From contig CBFGKH010000007.1 of NCBI GenBank assembly GCA_965649295.1, positions 1 through 56,783 of the forward strand: a DNA stretch of 56,783 nt, read 5' to 3'. Shown here piece after piece: positions 56,589 to 56,783 of this stretch (within the stretch, counting starts at the first letter, position 1; each line of letters begins with the position of its first letter). The position numbers and the translations under genes are program-made. The DNA is from a candidate division WOR-3 bacterium. Its GTDB lineage: Bacteria; Hydrothermota; Tepidihabitantia; Tepidihabitantales; Tepidihabitantaceae. Under the pieces are notes generated by a model. That model did not search any database, was not told the origin of the DNA, and was given only the letters and a program-made list of their open reading frames with translations.

Positions 56589-56783
56589 TGTTAGACCGCA
56601 GCAACTCTGCAATACCGCGACTGCAGCGAAAACTTTATGAGGCTCCGTTTCGGGCGACGCTGCGGCACGTGCCTGTCGGGCAGTTGCACGGCTGCTATCG
56701 CCCCGGCTCGCTCGTGTCGGACGCGGATTGAGCCGTCAACCCACTCCTGAACGGAAACCCGGGAACCGGCGATGGCAGTGCTG
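56589..56783 (-). mobile_element. Possible right end of an IS1202/ISNCY-like element with a partial transposase C-terminus (56591..56782)
   Basis: Open frame STAIAGSRVSVQEWVDGSIRVRH... resembles the V.V.E..DG.I motif at the end of such transposases. The terminus begins TGT and has two GAC(C/T)GCAGC repeats. Confidence 0.4.

Noticed and set aside
56571..56598. dif/XerCD-like site beside the putative IS end
   Set aside because: AGTTCTCATCA only loosely resembles a XerC arm and there is no TTATGT-type XerD arm.
1..56783. Many short ORFs in the track that overlap or are antisense to assigned genes
   Set aside because: Shadow ORFs expected in GC-rich DNA, with no motifs or expression signals.
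1..56783. CRISPR array, cas genes, prophage, integrase, retron or defence island
   Set aside because: No regularly spaced direct repeats and no such proteins seen. The tRNAs have no adjacent integrase or visible 3' duplication.

Overview
A compact, GC-rich core-genome segment from a diderm bacterium (BamD, TolC and a TonB-dependent receptor are present). The rplM-rpsI-rpsB-tsf gene order, the DUF2723 protein and bS22 point to an FCB-related lineage. A WOR-3-like candidate phylum is my unverified guess. Main blocks: DUF2723-TPR and hypA; a minus-strand operon divIVA-punA-bamD-nadD-yajC-def-fmt-PASTA-rpe-ffh; spoIID-like; cyclophilin-like gene, tRNA-Ala and pdaD; rplM-rpsI-rpsB-tsf-pyrH-frr-uppS-cdsA; fmdB-like, HU and bS22; rbfA-truB-ribF, a beta-propeller protein and Yip1-TolC-MacAB-type exporter genes; DUF3108-manC-rdgB; a tRNA cluster with tuf-rpmG-tRNA-Trp-secE-nusG-rplKAJL-rpoBC-rpsLG, without fusA; recJ-pgeF; DtxR-ZIP-nuclease-M23; a BtuB-like receptor behind a cobalamin riboswitch; RNase P RNA; and a possible IS end at the right edge. 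I found no CRISPR, prophage or defence island and cannot point to one clear novel multi-gene system. The strongest unusual signals concern gene expression: five apparently leaderless operon heads with identical promoter geometry, mostly 16-bp promoter spacers, and an RNA polymerase with a ~72-aa beta insertion plus substitutions in the rifampicin pocket and trigger loop. All family calls come from motif recognition by eye, not from database searches.
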